Assembly: GCF_025370715.1 (NCBI RefSeq)
Contig: NZ_JAMXEY010000002.1
DNA: 64,000 nt
Source of the DNA: Laspinema olomoucense D3d
Lineage (GTDB): Bacteria > Cyanobacteriota > Cyanobacteriia > Cyanobacteriales > Laspinemataceae
Direction: 5' to 3' (one strand)
How positions within the stretch are numbered: the first letter of the stretch is position 1; each line of letters starts with the position of its first letter. A model generated the notes under the pieces. The model worked only from the letters and a program-made list of their open reading frames with translations, ran no database searches and was not told where the DNA came from. Position numbers and translations under genes: made by a program. Below, piece by piece: positions 10,673-19,843 of the stretch.

Positions 10673-11965
10673 TTAACAGTTGGATTGCTCTACAACTAAA
10701 TTCCTTCCCCCCCAGTTCTCTAGTTCCCAGGTGGTGAGTGAAGGTTGAGTTTGCGCCAGTAATCTGCCTCGTGCTATCACATATCTCACCGGAGGACGAC
10801 GGCGCAAAACCTCAAATTTATTTTCTGCTTCCCAAATGATTAAATTAGCCGCTTTGCCAATCTCTATACCATAATCCTGTTCAATTTGGAGCGTTTTTGC
10901 GCCGTGAGTTGTCACCATATCATAACAGGCATTGATTTCATCCAACCCAGTCATCTGACAAACATGAAGCGCCATATAAGCCACATCGAGCATATTTCCA
11001 GTTCCCAAACTGTACCAGGGGTCCTGAATACAATCCTGTCCTAAAGAGACATTTAAACCGTTTTCCCATAACTCTTTGACTCGGGTGATACCGCGCCGTT
11101 TAGGATAGGTATCGGTGCGTCCTTGGAGGGTAATATTAATTAAGGGATTAGCCACAAAGTTAATCTGCGATCGCCGCAAAAATCCCATCAATTTATGGGC
11201 ATAAGCATTATTATAAGACCCAAAAGCCGTCGTATGAGAGGCAGTAACTCGCTCACCCAGACCACTGCGAATCGCACAAGCGGCCACCACTTCCAGAAAG
11301 CGCGATTGGTCATCATCGATTTCATCGCAGTGAATATCAATCAAGCGGTCATATTGTTCCGCCAGTTCAAAGATGCGATGAACCGATCGCACCCCATCCT
11401 CCCGGGTCAATTCATAGTGGGGAATCCCACCCACCACATCCGCACCCTGTTTTAATGCTTCTTCCAGCAATTCTTCGGTCTGGACCGCTCCATAAATGCC
11501 ATCTTGGGGGAACGCCACCACTTGCAACGTGAGAAAATCTTGAAAATTTTCTCTCACTTCTAACATAGCTTGTAACGCTGTGAGGTCCGGGGTACTCACA
11601 TCCACATGGGTGCGGACGAATAACACCCCCTGGGATGCCAATTGTTTCAAGGTTGCGATCGCCCGTTGCTTGACATCCTCCCGGGTCAATTTGGGCTTGC
11701 GTTCCCCCCAAATTTGAATCCCCTCAAATAACGTGCCGCTTTGATTGAACCGGGGTTCTCCGGCAGTTAAGGCGGAATCTAAATGAATGTGAGATTCCAC
11801 AAAGGGGGGACTCACTAAGTTGCCCTGAACATTCAGTTCCCGAGGAGCCTCCCCGGACAGGTGGGGGGCGATCGCCGCGACTCTCCCCTGTTCCACCTGA
11901 ATATCTACCCGTTCCCCCGTCAGTAAGCGACAGTCCCGCAAGATTAAGCGATCGACCTCTACCAT
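10673..11965 (-). CDS. codA: Cytosine deaminase-like amidohydrolase (CodA family)
   Basis: Collinear with E. coli CodA as I recall it. Shared blocks include HIHLD, NQSGTLFEGIQIWGERK, VRTHVDV, LQVVAFPQ, DVVGGIPHYELTRE, YDRLIDIHCDEIDD, RVTASHTTA, NFVANPL, TYPKRRGITRVKE and DPWYSLGT. Confidence 0.8.
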   Translation of the reverse strand: MVEVDRLILRDCRLLTGERVDIQVEQGRVAAIAPHLSGEAPRELNVQGNLVSPPFVESHIHLDSALTAGEPRFNQSGTLFEGIQIWGERKPKLTREDVKQRAIATLKQLASQGVLFVRTHVDVSTPDLTALQAMLEVRENFQDFLTLQVVAFPQDGIYGAVQTEELLEEALKQGADVVGGIPHYELTREDGVRSVHRIFELAEQYDRLIDIHCDEIDDDQSRFLEVVAACAIRSGLGERVTASHTTAFGSYNNAYAHKLMGFLRRSQINFVANPLINITLQGRTDTYPKRRGITRVKELWENGLNVSLGQDCIQDPWYSLGTGNMLDVAYMALHVCQMTGLDEINACYDMVTTHGAKTLQIEQDYGIEIGKAANLIIWEAENKFEVLRRRPPVRYVIARGRLLAQTQPSLTTWELENWGGRNLVVEQSNC

Positions 11966-12062
11966 GTTTTATCCCTGGATTGGCTAATTTTTCTCTAATG
12001 ATGCGTTAACTCCGGTGAGCATTCTCCCGCCGACAAATCCTTGCTCCCTAAATGCCCCAGGA

Positions 12063-13061
12063 TTAATCATACCAATCTTGCCGAACCATCGGTTCAGTAA
12101 TTAATACTAATAAGCCTAAAATGACAATCACTAAAGCAAAGATTTGTTTGAGATCCAAGAAATCCTGAATCAGGATGGAGCCAAATAGAACAAACAATGC
12201 TGGGACACAGGCGATCGCCGTCGCTCCCCGAGTCACCCCAGCGAGTAAAATTCCATAAGCGGTGAACGCATAACCCACCAAGGCTAAAATCCCTAAGATG
12301 AGACTCCCCACCATCAGACGGGGTAACTCCCACAGTGGCATCGAGATCGCGATACCCGGTAACGGGAGGATTAAACTCAGGGAAGCGAATCCCAGCAGGG
12401 TTCCCAAAGCGATCGCACTAAAGGGGAGTGGATGAAGCGATCGTGTCCCTCGATAAGTCAACAGCAAATAACTGGAAAAAGCAATCCCCCCAACAATTGC
12501 CGCCAAAATTCCCAAGAAACCTTGGATCGCAGTAGCGGCAAAAATAGCCGGAACTTTTAAGGCGAATAAACTGCCAATCGTGACAATTGTCATCGCCGTA
12601 ATCCGGGTTTGATGGGGACGATATCCCCAAAATTTCCAAGCCCCGAGGGTTGTTAAAATGGGGTAAATCAAGAAAAATCCCACCACTACCCCAGCGGGAA
12701 TTAGCCAACAGCCGATTGCGATCGCCTCCCACGCCACAAACAGGGAAAATCCACTCAGCAGGGCAATCTTTAATACCTTGGGATTTTCTCCCGCGAATAT
12801 CTTCTTGATATCTTCTCCCATTTGGGGATAATAAAATTTTGCCAGCATCGGGATACCCGCTACGCAGACAAGGGCCTGTATCCAGAAAATTAACTGCCAA
12901 TTCCCCGGGGTTTGGGGAATCAATCCGCCCCATTTAATCGCCCCCAAGATGAATTTTTCCTGAAACATCATCCCGACGAAAAGGGGAAACAAAGCTAACT
13001 GCACCGCAGCCAGCATCAGCAACCATAAACCGGACTGAATATAAGATAATCGCATAGTCAA
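12063..13061 (-). CDS. Polytopic membrane protein (about 10 TM helices), probably a DMT/EamA-like transporter. It sits directly upstream of codA on the same strand
   Basis: The protein is hydrophobic throughout, with ~10 predicted helices in two roughly 5+5 halves. It is 97 bp upstream of and co-directional with codA. Confidence 0.55.
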   Translation of the reverse strand: MTMRLSYIQSGLWLLMLAAVQLALFPLFVGMMFQEKFILGAIKWGGLIPQTPGNWQLIFWIQALVCVAGIPMLAKFYYPQMGEDIKKIFAGENPKVLKIALLSGFSLFVAWEAIAIGCWLIPAGVVVGFFLIYPILTTLGAWKFWGYRPHQTRITAMTIVTIGSLFALKVPAIFAATAIQGFLGILAAIVGGIAFSSYLLLTYRGTRSLHPLPFSAIALGTLLGFASLSLILPLPGIAISMPLWELPRLMVGSLILGILALVGYAFTAYGILLAGVTRGATAIACVPALFVLFGSILIQDFLDLKQIFALVIVILGLLVLITEPMVRQDWYD

Positions 13062-13406
13062 TTGGCACGATTTGAGTAATTTTTAGGACTTAAATCCGGG
13101 AGATTTAGCCAGGGTTAGCGCGGGTGATCACCTCGGTTTAACGATTAAATTAAACAACCCTAAATTTGCGTTGGGGAGCGGCGTTCCGGTAAAGATCAGA
13201 AAACGGGTTTGTTGATAAGATACGGCCAATTCCCAATCTATCAGGGGGATGAAACCCGGTTTATTGTCCTTTGGAGCAAAAATTGTACCGGCCCTCTCGC
13301 CCTCATTTCTTGCACCGGCTTAAAGATGTTGGAAAGCAACCTCGTTTCTTGTCCCCTTGATGTACTTGATGTAATTTTGTCCCAATAACCTAGTCCCCTG
13401 ACGAGT

Positions 13407-13841
13407 TTATTCTAAGCCTTGACGCCCGACTTGGACGCCACTGCTGCCCTGAAGAAGCGCACCTGTAAAGTCGGTGCCCTTGATATTAGCGCTAACTAAA
13501 ATCGCATCTTGCAAATTCGCCCCGCTGAGATTGGCATAACTGAGATTACTACTAAACAAATTCGTTTCAATCAAAATGGCATTTTGAAGATCAGCGGCGG
13601 TTAAATTGGCAGCCATAAGATTGGCTTTGCTAAGAATAGCATTTCGCAAATTTGCACCCATTAAATCCGCACCCCGTAAATCTAACCCGGTGAGATCGAG
13701 CCCACTGAGGTCACAGTTTCGACATTCATTACCCCTTTGTAACTGCAAGAGATGCTCTGGATTAGCACTAAAGGCACGAGGGGGCAATATCCCCAGTTGA
13801 ATCAATCCGACTGCTGTTGCTACTGTGATTCGTTTTAACAT
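13407..13841 (-). CDS. Secreted pentapeptide-repeat protein
   Basis: Signal peptide MLKRITVATAVGLIQLGILPPRAFSA. A(D/N)LxG/A pentapeptide units run throughout (ADLMGANLRNAILSKANLMAANLTAADLQNAIL...). Confidence 0.8.
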   Translation of the reverse strand: MLKRITVATAVGLIQLGILPPRAFSANPEHLLQLQRGNECRNCDLSGLDLTGLDLRGADLMGANLRNAILSKANLMAANLTAADLQNAILIETNLFSSNLSYANLSGANLQDAILVSANIKGTDFTGALLQGSSGVQVGRQGLE

Positions 13842-13883
13842 TGCTGCACCCTGAATAGGAGGAAAACGAACTGATTTTTCCCT

Positions 13884-15632
13884 CTAAATTAAATCGGTTT
13901 CATTAGGAAAAACCGGCTCTTGTGCGAGTTTTTCATGGAGGCGGTTCCGCTTTTCGATCGCCTCGGTACAGGTGGGGTCAACTTCGAGGGCCACACCGTA
14001 GGATCGCGCCGCTTCGGGATAGCGGTGCAATTTCTCCAAGCATTCTCCTCGGCGCAACCATGCCAGGGAATGGGTCGGTTTCATTTGGATCACCGTATCA
14101 TAAGCCCCGATCGCCTGGAGATATTGACCAATTTTACTCAGAACCCGCCCTCGTTTCATCCAGGGTTCATAATGATTAGGCCAGATAGCGATCGCCTGGT
14201 CATAAGCCACAATTGCATCAATATACCGTTGAGCTAAGGAGAGTAAATCCCCCCGTTTCATCCAGGCTTGAGCATCGTTGGGTTTAACTTCGAGCACTTT
14301 AGCAAAAGCATCGAGAGCTTCTGGATAGCGTTCCAGTTTTTCCAACACTTCGGACCGCTTCACCCAGGACCGATAAAGAAACATCGGTTCTTGGGTAACT
14401 TGTACCACTTTTTCATAAGCAGTCAGGGCTTCTTCATATTTTTGAAGTTGCTCTAAAGCCAGACCTCGGTGATACCAAGCTTCGGGAAAATTCTGCTGAA
14501 TTTGAATGGCATTGCTCAGGGCTTGAATCGCATCTTTATAGCGGCCTAGCCCGTACAAAGCCATACCGCGACCTAACCAAGCCGTGGACAAATTGGGATT
14601 AATTTTAGTAGCTTGGTCAAAGGAGCTTAAAGCAACTTCATACTGACCTGCATCGGAGAGGGCAATGCCTCGATTCATCCAAGCTTCGGGCCAGTTGGGA
14701 TGTAATTCAATGGCTTTATCAAAACAGCCGATCGCCGCTTCTACCCATTGATGTTTGAGGGCGCGACCTTTATAAAACCAAACTAAGGGATTGCTGGGGG
14801 CGAATTGAATCACCCGATCAAAGGAGGCGACGGCTTCGGTATAGCGTTGCAACTTTTCTAAAGTGACGCCGCGATTAAACCAGGATGCGGCATTTTCCGG
14901 GACCAATTGTAGGGTGCGATCGTAAGCGGTGACGGCTTCGGCGTAGCGTTCCAGGCGATCGAGGGCGACCCCTTGATTGAACCAAGCCGCTGGGTTTTGG
15001 GGGTCCAGGGCGACGGCTTGTTCCAAGGATGCTAAAGCCAGTTCTGGGCGATCGAGGGCCAGGAAGGTTAGACCTCGGTAATACCATCCGCTAGAGAGTT
15101 TGGGTTTGAGTTTGATAACTTTATTAAAGGCAGTAACGGCGGCTTTGTATTGTTGGAGTTCTAAGAGCGATCGCCCCCGGAAATACCAGGCTTCATATTG
15201 ATTGCTATTAATTTGAATGCTTTGATCAAAGGATGCCAAGGCTTCCTGATATCGGGTTAAGTGAAAGAGACACCGACCTCGGAAGGTCCAGCCCCAATAG
15301 TCATCGGGGTTGACTTGAATTGCCCCATCATAACCAGCGATCGCCTCTTCATAGCGATGTAAATTCATCAGGGCCGTGCCGCGTTTCAGTAATGCCCGAT
15401 GCATGGTGGGCTTTTTTTGAATCGCTTTGTCATAAAACGCGACAGCCCCGGCATAATTTTTTTGTTCATACAGCCGGTTCCCTCTTTCATAGTCAGAACC
15501 CGCCCCCAGCAAGTGGTTGACCAAGGACCACACCGGGGCAATCGGTCTCGCCGGAGGTGAATTTTCCGGGGGCGATGGAGGTGGGGTTAACCCTTGTGGG
15601 GGTTGCAATTCGTCAAATTGGGTCATAATCAA
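13884..15632 (-). CDS. TPR-repeat protein (about 14 tandem TPR units)
   Basis: A 34-aa periodicity of W-x2-LG-x2-Y/A-x8-A-x3-F/Y-x2-A-x4-P units recurs, e.g. AWYFRGRSLLELQQYKAAVTAFNKVIKLKP. The N-terminal region is proline-rich. Confidence 0.85.
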   Translation of the reverse strand: MIMTQFDELQPPQGLTPPPSPPENSPPARPIAPVWSLVNHLLGAGSDYERGNRLYEQKNYAGAVAFYDKAIQKKPTMHRALLKRGTALMNLHRYEEAIAGYDGAIQVNPDDYWGWTFRGRCLFHLTRYQEALASFDQSIQINSNQYEAWYFRGRSLLELQQYKAAVTAFNKVIKLKPKLSSGWYYRGLTFLALDRPELALASLEQAVALDPQNPAAWFNQGVALDRLERYAEAVTAYDRTLQLVPENAASWFNRGVTLEKLQRYTEAVASFDRVIQFAPSNPLVWFYKGRALKHQWVEAAIGCFDKAIELHPNWPEAWMNRGIALSDAGQYEVALSSFDQATKINPNLSTAWLGRGMALYGLGRYKDAIQALSNAIQIQQNFPEAWYHRGLALEQLQKYEEALTAYEKVVQVTQEPMFLYRSWVKRSEVLEKLERYPEALDAFAKVLEVKPNDAQAWMKRGDLLSLAQRYIDAIVAYDQAIAIWPNHYEPWMKRGRVLSKIGQYLQAIGAYDTVIQMKPTHSLAWLRRGECLEKLHRYPEAARSYGVALEVDPTCTEAIEKRNRLHEKLAQEPVFPNETDLI

Positions 15633-15828
15633 CGAGGGCTAGGTTCTAAAAACAGGACAGGCGATGGGCGATCGCTCACAGACGGATCTAGATATTTTTT
15701 CCCGGCGATCGGCGATTAATCCAGGGTGATGAGCTTGAACGACTGACCAAAGCTTAACCGACTGCTGATCTCTACTTAATTTTGACATATAAAGAACCCT
15801 TCCTCTGCTTTAGGATTCCCGTTCAGTA

Positions 15829-15848
15829 GCCGGAAGAAAAACCGGATT
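15829..15848. repeat. Solo terminal-inverted-repeat fragment of the same element
   Basis: AACCGGATTTGGTATTACTC matches the TIR with no adjacent core. Confidence 0.4.
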
Positions 15849-16027
15849 TGGTATTACTCATTTTTAGGGTCTTCCCGTTACGGTACCGATGCTCTACTTC
15901 CCATCGTTCGCCCTGTAAAAGCCCATAAAAAAATACCCCCCCGATGGGAGATATGGAGATCCGTTAAGTTTTTGAGAATTTATACCTAGCCTCTAGCGGA
16001 CAAGGCTAGGTATGGAATCACTTTCCC

Positions 16028-16351
16028 TTAATGGGCGAGAACAGGGATGCTCTTGAGTTCAGCAGTCAAACGGCTCAACATGGACCGCTGGCGTTTTGCC
16101 CCTTGAACTTGCCGATCCATCATCAGACGGCGAGCTTGTTCCGATGCCGAGGTTTTTGCGGACTGCGGTTCACCAGTGGTCAACGCAACTCCCCGATACT
16201 TCAGTTCCACGGTTGCTTGTTGAACCGGCGCTTTCTTCTGATTGCAAAATTTCCAATCTAACCCGCGATATTTACCGGCGAGTTCGCCTTCGGTAACCTC
16301 AACTGCTGCGGGAGTATATTCGTAAGTGGTGCCACGATATGAAAGTTTCAT
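16028..16351 (-). CDS. DUF4278-like small cyanobacterial protein
   Basis: N-terminus MKLSYRGTTYEYTPAAVEV resembles the MKLxYRGxxYxYxP signature of DUF4278. Confidence 0.55.
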   Translation of the reverse strand: MKLSYRGTTYEYTPAAVEVTEGELAGKYRGLDWKFCNQKKAPVQQATVELKYRGVALTTGEPQSAKTSASEQARRLMMDRQVQGAKRQRSMLSRLTAELKSIPVLAH

Positions 16352-16727
16352 GTTTTTCGCCTCCTAAATAGAGTCTTGTTTGTAGGTTGAGGCGCGTTCC
16401 TTCGGGAGTGACTCCCTACTTCCGTCCCTTGCCAGTTTCATGCCGTTCAGAGATGAACTGGCTTGTTGTGAGGGATGAACGATTTACTTTCTGTATTCAT
16501 TGTTACCGTTTGAAAATCAAATGTCAAGGGTTTTTGGACTTTTTTTGACAAAATACCTCTTAAGGTATAGGTTAAACCCGGCCCAATGAGCCGAAACCGT
16601 TACTGGGTGGGAATTAGGGAGGTTTGGGAGAGCCTTTACCTGCCCCGGTTATTTTTTCAGAGACTCCACCCCCCACGAAACCCTCCCGACTACAACCGGG
16701 TCATCTCCCTTCATCGGGGCATGGGAG

Positions 16728-17564
16728 TTGCAGGGCAAGCCCCTGTTTCGGCTAATCTCAAGCCTTTACATAACTCAACTGAGGAGAAACCTGATCGTGA
16801 CTTATCGAAATACAGCCCGTTATCTGTGGAGTGTTCTAGTGGTGTTGGCCGGGGCTGCATCCCTCACCAGCGGGGCGATCGCACAGCCTGTTATTCAGGA
16901 AGTAGAATCCCATCAAACCGCATTTTTCTGGAGGCGACAGTCCGCCCCCGATCGCCTCGAAGGAGTCTGGGGGATTACGGAGGGTAAAACTCCCAGGGGA
17001 CAAGCTTACACCGGCAGCCTCGATATTACCGCGATCGGGAATACGGACAACCTCTATCAAGTCTCTTGGGAAACCTCCGAAGGCAATTATTCCGGGTTGG
17101 GGTTCTATGAAGAGGGGCGGTTGCTGGTAGGGGCCGGACTGGATGAGGAGATTTATGGCGTGGCCCTGTATAGAATTCAGGACGATGGTACTTTAGATGG
17201 GAAATGGACTCTCAGTAGCGCCGAGGGTGAAGTCGGCACAGAACTAGCTACAGGAGGGCGATCGGGAGAGTTAGCCGGGTCCTACCAAATTAGCAGTACA
17301 GACCCTGGAGAAGAGGATTCTGCCTTCAGTGGAGAATTAACCATTACCCAATCCCGCGATACCTATCAAGTCACCTGGAATGTCGATGACCAAACCTATC
17401 GCGGCATCGGTTTGCGCGTTGATGATTGGCTCGTTGTTGGCTGGGGGACTAGCTCTAACCTCGCCGTGTTGGATTATGAATTTAAGGGCAACGAAGCGAC
17501 TGCACGTTGGGCCCGAACCGGCAGTCGGGAACTGGGGATGGAAAAGATTTCCCTGGAAGATTAG
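16728..17564 (+). CDS. Secreted protein with an internally duplicated ~110-aa domain. The true start is probably GTG at 16796, after GGAG at 16783-16786
   Basis: Signal-like segment YLWSVLVVLAGAASLTSGAIAQP. Two paralogous halves: YQVSWETSEGNYSGLGFYEEGRLLVGAG...DGKWTL and YQVTWNVDDQTYRGIGLRVDDWLVVGWG...ATARWA. Confidence 0.6.
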   Translation: MQGKPLFRLISSLYITQLRRNLIVTYRNTARYLWSVLVVLAGAASLTSGAIAQPVIQEVESHQTAFFWRRQSAPDRLEGVWGITEGKTPRGQAYTGSLDITAIGNTDNLYQVSWETSEGNYSGLGFYEEGRLLVGAGLDEEIYGVALYRIQDDGTLDGKWTLSSAEGEVGTELATGGRSGELAGSYQISSTDPGEEDSAFSGELTITQSRDTYQVTWNVDDQTYRGIGLRVDDWLVVGWGTSSNLAVLDYEFKGNEATARWARTGSRELGMEKISLED

Positions 17565-17654
17565 GCGGCCCTCTAAGTCCTGGAGCCATCCCGGGTCTTC
17601 TCCAGCCCTCAAAAATTTCCTGATTCTCCCTTTCCTTTGAGGGGAAGGTTCGGG

Positions 17655-17783
17655 TCCGATACTGCATCCGGTTGTGACAGCCCTAACAATACTCTTGAGC
17701 CCGCGCAGGCGGGCTTTGTCTGTGTAGACCCACCCTTGAGGGTGCGGGTTTTTATAGACTTTGAGAACCGAATTCCGTATTAT
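17655..17783 (+). repeat. MITE-like small repeat element, copy A, with imperfect 15-bp terminal inverted repeats and two internal hairpins
   Basis: ATACTGCATCCGGTT...AGCCCGCGCAGGCGGGCT...GACCCACCCTTGAGGGTGCGGGTTTTTATAGAC...AACCGAATTCCGTAT. The core is shared with copies at 19.1, 54.6, 58.0 and 60.8 kb. Confidence 0.7.
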
Positions 17784-17862
17784 CCTCCATCCTCCCTGGG
17801 TTCGGGAAAGTCGCCTCTAGGCGATCGCCACCCCCAGATCTCCTCTTTTTGGTAAAAAATAC

Positions 17863-17868
17863 TATAAT
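17863..17868 (+). promoter_or_regulatory. Candidate -10 hexamer (TATAAT) for nadA
   Basis: Perfect TATAAT lies 45 nt upstream of the nadA ATG. No convincing -35 is present. Confidence 0.3.
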
Positions 17869-17913
17869 TAGGAATAACACCCTAAAGAACTGCAAGTTCA
17901 CCCCCTGAAAATT

Positions 17914-18888
17914 GTGTTTACTGCGACTTTATCACCGCGCAATTCTGCCCAAACCTCCGCGATTCCAGACGATTTATTTGCAGCCATTGAATCCTTGAAA
18001 CAGGAACTCAATGCAGTGATCCTCGCCCACTACTATCAAGAACCCGACATTCAGGATATTGCTGACTATATCGGTGACTCTCTCGAACTGGCCCGAAAAG
18101 CTGCCAATACCAACGCCGATGTCATCGTCTTTGCCGGAGTTCACTTCATGGCAGAAACGGCTAAAATCCTGAATCCGAATAAACTGGTTTTGCTTCCCGA
18201 CTTGGATGCCGGTTGTTCCCTGGCCGATAGTTGTCCTCCCGATGCCTTTGGGGAATTTAAAGCCGCTCATCCGAATCATATTGTCATCTCTTACATTAAC
18301 TGCTCGGCGGCCATTAAAGCCATGAGCGACATTATCTGCACCAGTTCTAATGCAGTCAAACTGGTGCGGCAAATCCCCGAAAATCAGCCGATTATTTTTG
18401 CCCCCGATCGCAATTTAGGTCGGTATGTGATGGAGCAAACGGGCCGGGATATGGTGTTGTGGCAAGGCAGTTGCATGGTGCATGAAACTTTTTCAGAAAA
18501 GAAAATTGTTCAGCTCAAAATTCAACATCCTGAAGCTGAAATCATTGCTCATCCCGAATGTGAACCGACGGTGTTGCGCCATGCTAATTATATTGGGTCA
18601 ACCAGTGCGCTGTTAAACTATGCTCAAAATAGTGCCAGCCAGGTGTTTATCGTGGCTACGGAACCGGGAATCATTCATCAAATGCAAAAACAGGCGGGAG
18701 ATAAACAGTTTATTCCCGCGCCACCGCTGAATAGTTGTGCTTGTAATGAATGCCCTCACATGAGGCTGAATACCTTAGAAAAATTATATTTGGCTATGAA
18801 AAATCGCGCCCCGGAGATTACCTTACCGGAGGAAACGCGCAAGGCAGCATTGCGCCCGATGCAACGAATGCTAGAAATGAGCGCATAA
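17914..18888 (+). CDS. nadA: Quinolinate synthase A
   Basis: Motifs [55 protein letters not shown] and WQGSCMVHE, plus the conserved Cys that ligate the 4Fe-4S cluster. Confidence 0.9.
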   Translation: MFTATLSPRNSAQTSAIPDDLFAAIESLKQELNAVILAHYYQEPDIQDIADYIGDSLELARKAANTNADVIVFAGVHFMAETAKILNPNKLVLLPDLDAGCSLADSCPPDAFGEFKAAHPNHIVISYINCSAAIKAMSDIICTSSNAVKLVRQIPENQPIIFAPDRNLGRYVMEQTGRDMVLWQGSCMVHETFSEKKIVQLKIQHPEAEIIAHPECEPTVLRHANYIGSTSALLNYAQNSASQVFIVATEPGIIHQMQKQAGDKQFIPAPPLNSCACNECPHMRLNTLEKLYLAMKNRAPEITLPEETRKAALRPMQRMLEMSA

Positions 18889-18979
18889 TCATAGTAAATC
18901 CCGCTGTTTCAAGCTCAGGTAGGCGGCGATTGTTTAGATGAACACCTAACGACAGCAAGTCGTTAGGTCATCCGTATAG

Positions 18980-19006
18980 CCCTCTTTGGAGGGTGTTGGT
19001 TTTTGC
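18980..19006 (+). terminator. Second small hairpin plus T-rich tract downstream of nadA
   Basis: CCCTCTTTGGAGGG followed by TGTTGGTTTTTGC. Confidence 0.35.
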
Positions 19007-19017
19007 TAGTTTCAATC

Positions 19018-19051
19018 GAAAAGGGTAGGGCAATGCCGTACCCTTTTTTTA
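19018..19051. terminator. Bidirectional rho-independent terminator between convergent nadA and the TerB-like gene
   Basis: AAAAGGGTAGGGCAATGCCGTACCCTTTTTTT: a 9-bp stem (one mismatch) with a 3-nt loop, flanked by an A-run on one side and a T-run on the other. Confidence 0.6.
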
Positions 19052-19089
19052 TTTTGGGAATCAGGCAATGAATGATTGCCTAACCGAAT

Positions 19090-19214
19090 ATTATACGGAA
19101 TCCGGTTGTAATAGATCCATAAAAACCCGCACCCATGCATGGTGGGTCTACACAGACGAAGCCCGCCTGCGCGGGCTGAAGAGAAAATCGACTTTTAACA
19201 ACCGGATTTGGTAT
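19090..19214 (-). repeat. MITE-like element, copy B (reverse orientation)
   Basis: The reverse complement reads ATACCAAATCCGGTTGTTAAAAGTC...AGCCCGCGCAGGCGGGCT...GACCCACCATGCATGGGTGCGGGTTTTTATGGAT...AACCGGATTCCGTAT. Confidence 0.7.
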
Positions 19215-19744
19215 TATTGATTTAAAAAGGCGTGAAGGTGGGATGCAAGTTTCTCGATGATTCCTTCCTCATTTTGTAAACTTTTTTCAGCTTCGGCTTC
19301 GATGCGCGGGACTACATCCTCGGGCAAATTCAGGAGGGAAACGAGTTTTTTGTAGGCTTGAGCTTCTTCGGCATTAATATTAGGCTCATCGGGGGTTCGG
19401 GAACTGGAGGCGATGACTTCATAGCCGATTTGCAGAACCAGTTCCCGTTCGGGTTGGGTGGCGAGTTTAGGGATTAATTCTTCCAGCGGGATGTTTTGCA
19501 TCATATAGTCCCGCAGTTCTTCTTTGAGTTTGTCTTGTTGTTGGGGACTGACGGAAAATAAGCGACTAAAGCGATCGAGCATGATCTCGACTTCTTCGGC
19601 CCCGAGTTCACCATCCGCCCATGCCATTGCTGTTACAACTCGTAACAGGTTCATCTGACGCGGGGTGATGGAGGGTGGGGGTGGGGGTTGGATTGCCATT
19701 GTTTTTTCCTCAAAATATGGGAAGTTGTGGCCAAACCTTATCAT
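19214..19744 (-). CDS. TerB-like (tellurite-resistance TerB family) domain protein. The true start may be the internal Met (MAIQPPPP)
   Basis: LLRVVTAMAWADGELGAEEVEIMLDRF matches the TerB-type helical ADG...E motif. The C-terminus is acidic. Confidence 0.45.
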   Translation of the reverse strand: MIRFGHNFPYFEEKTMAIQPPPPPSITPRQMNLLRVVTAMAWADGELGAEEVEIMLDRFSRLFSVSPQQQDKLKEELRDYMMQNIPLEELIPKLATQPERELVLQIGYEVIASSSRTPDEPNINAEEAQAYKKLVSLLNLPEDVVPRIEAEAEKSLQNEEGIIEKLASHLHAFLNQ

Positions 19745-19843
19745 GCGATCGCCGGGTTGGGCTTCTATCGTAAGGTTATCTTAGGGAATGGGTTGCCAGA
19801 AGAGGAAGAGACGCCTGAAGGCGTCTCTTCCTCTTCCGCCTAT

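Noticed and set aside
12418-12933. A 171-aa ORF on the same strand in a different frame inside the membrane-transporter gene, with a 79-aa one at 12094-12333
   Set aside because: These are alternative frames of a strongly hydrophobic real gene, and their translations look like frame-shifted nonsense.
16586-16987. A 133-aa plus-strand ORF overlapping the 5' end of the duplicated-domain secreted-protein gene
   Set aside because: It is in a different frame from the well-supported downstream protein. The signal peptide and repeats are in the other frame.
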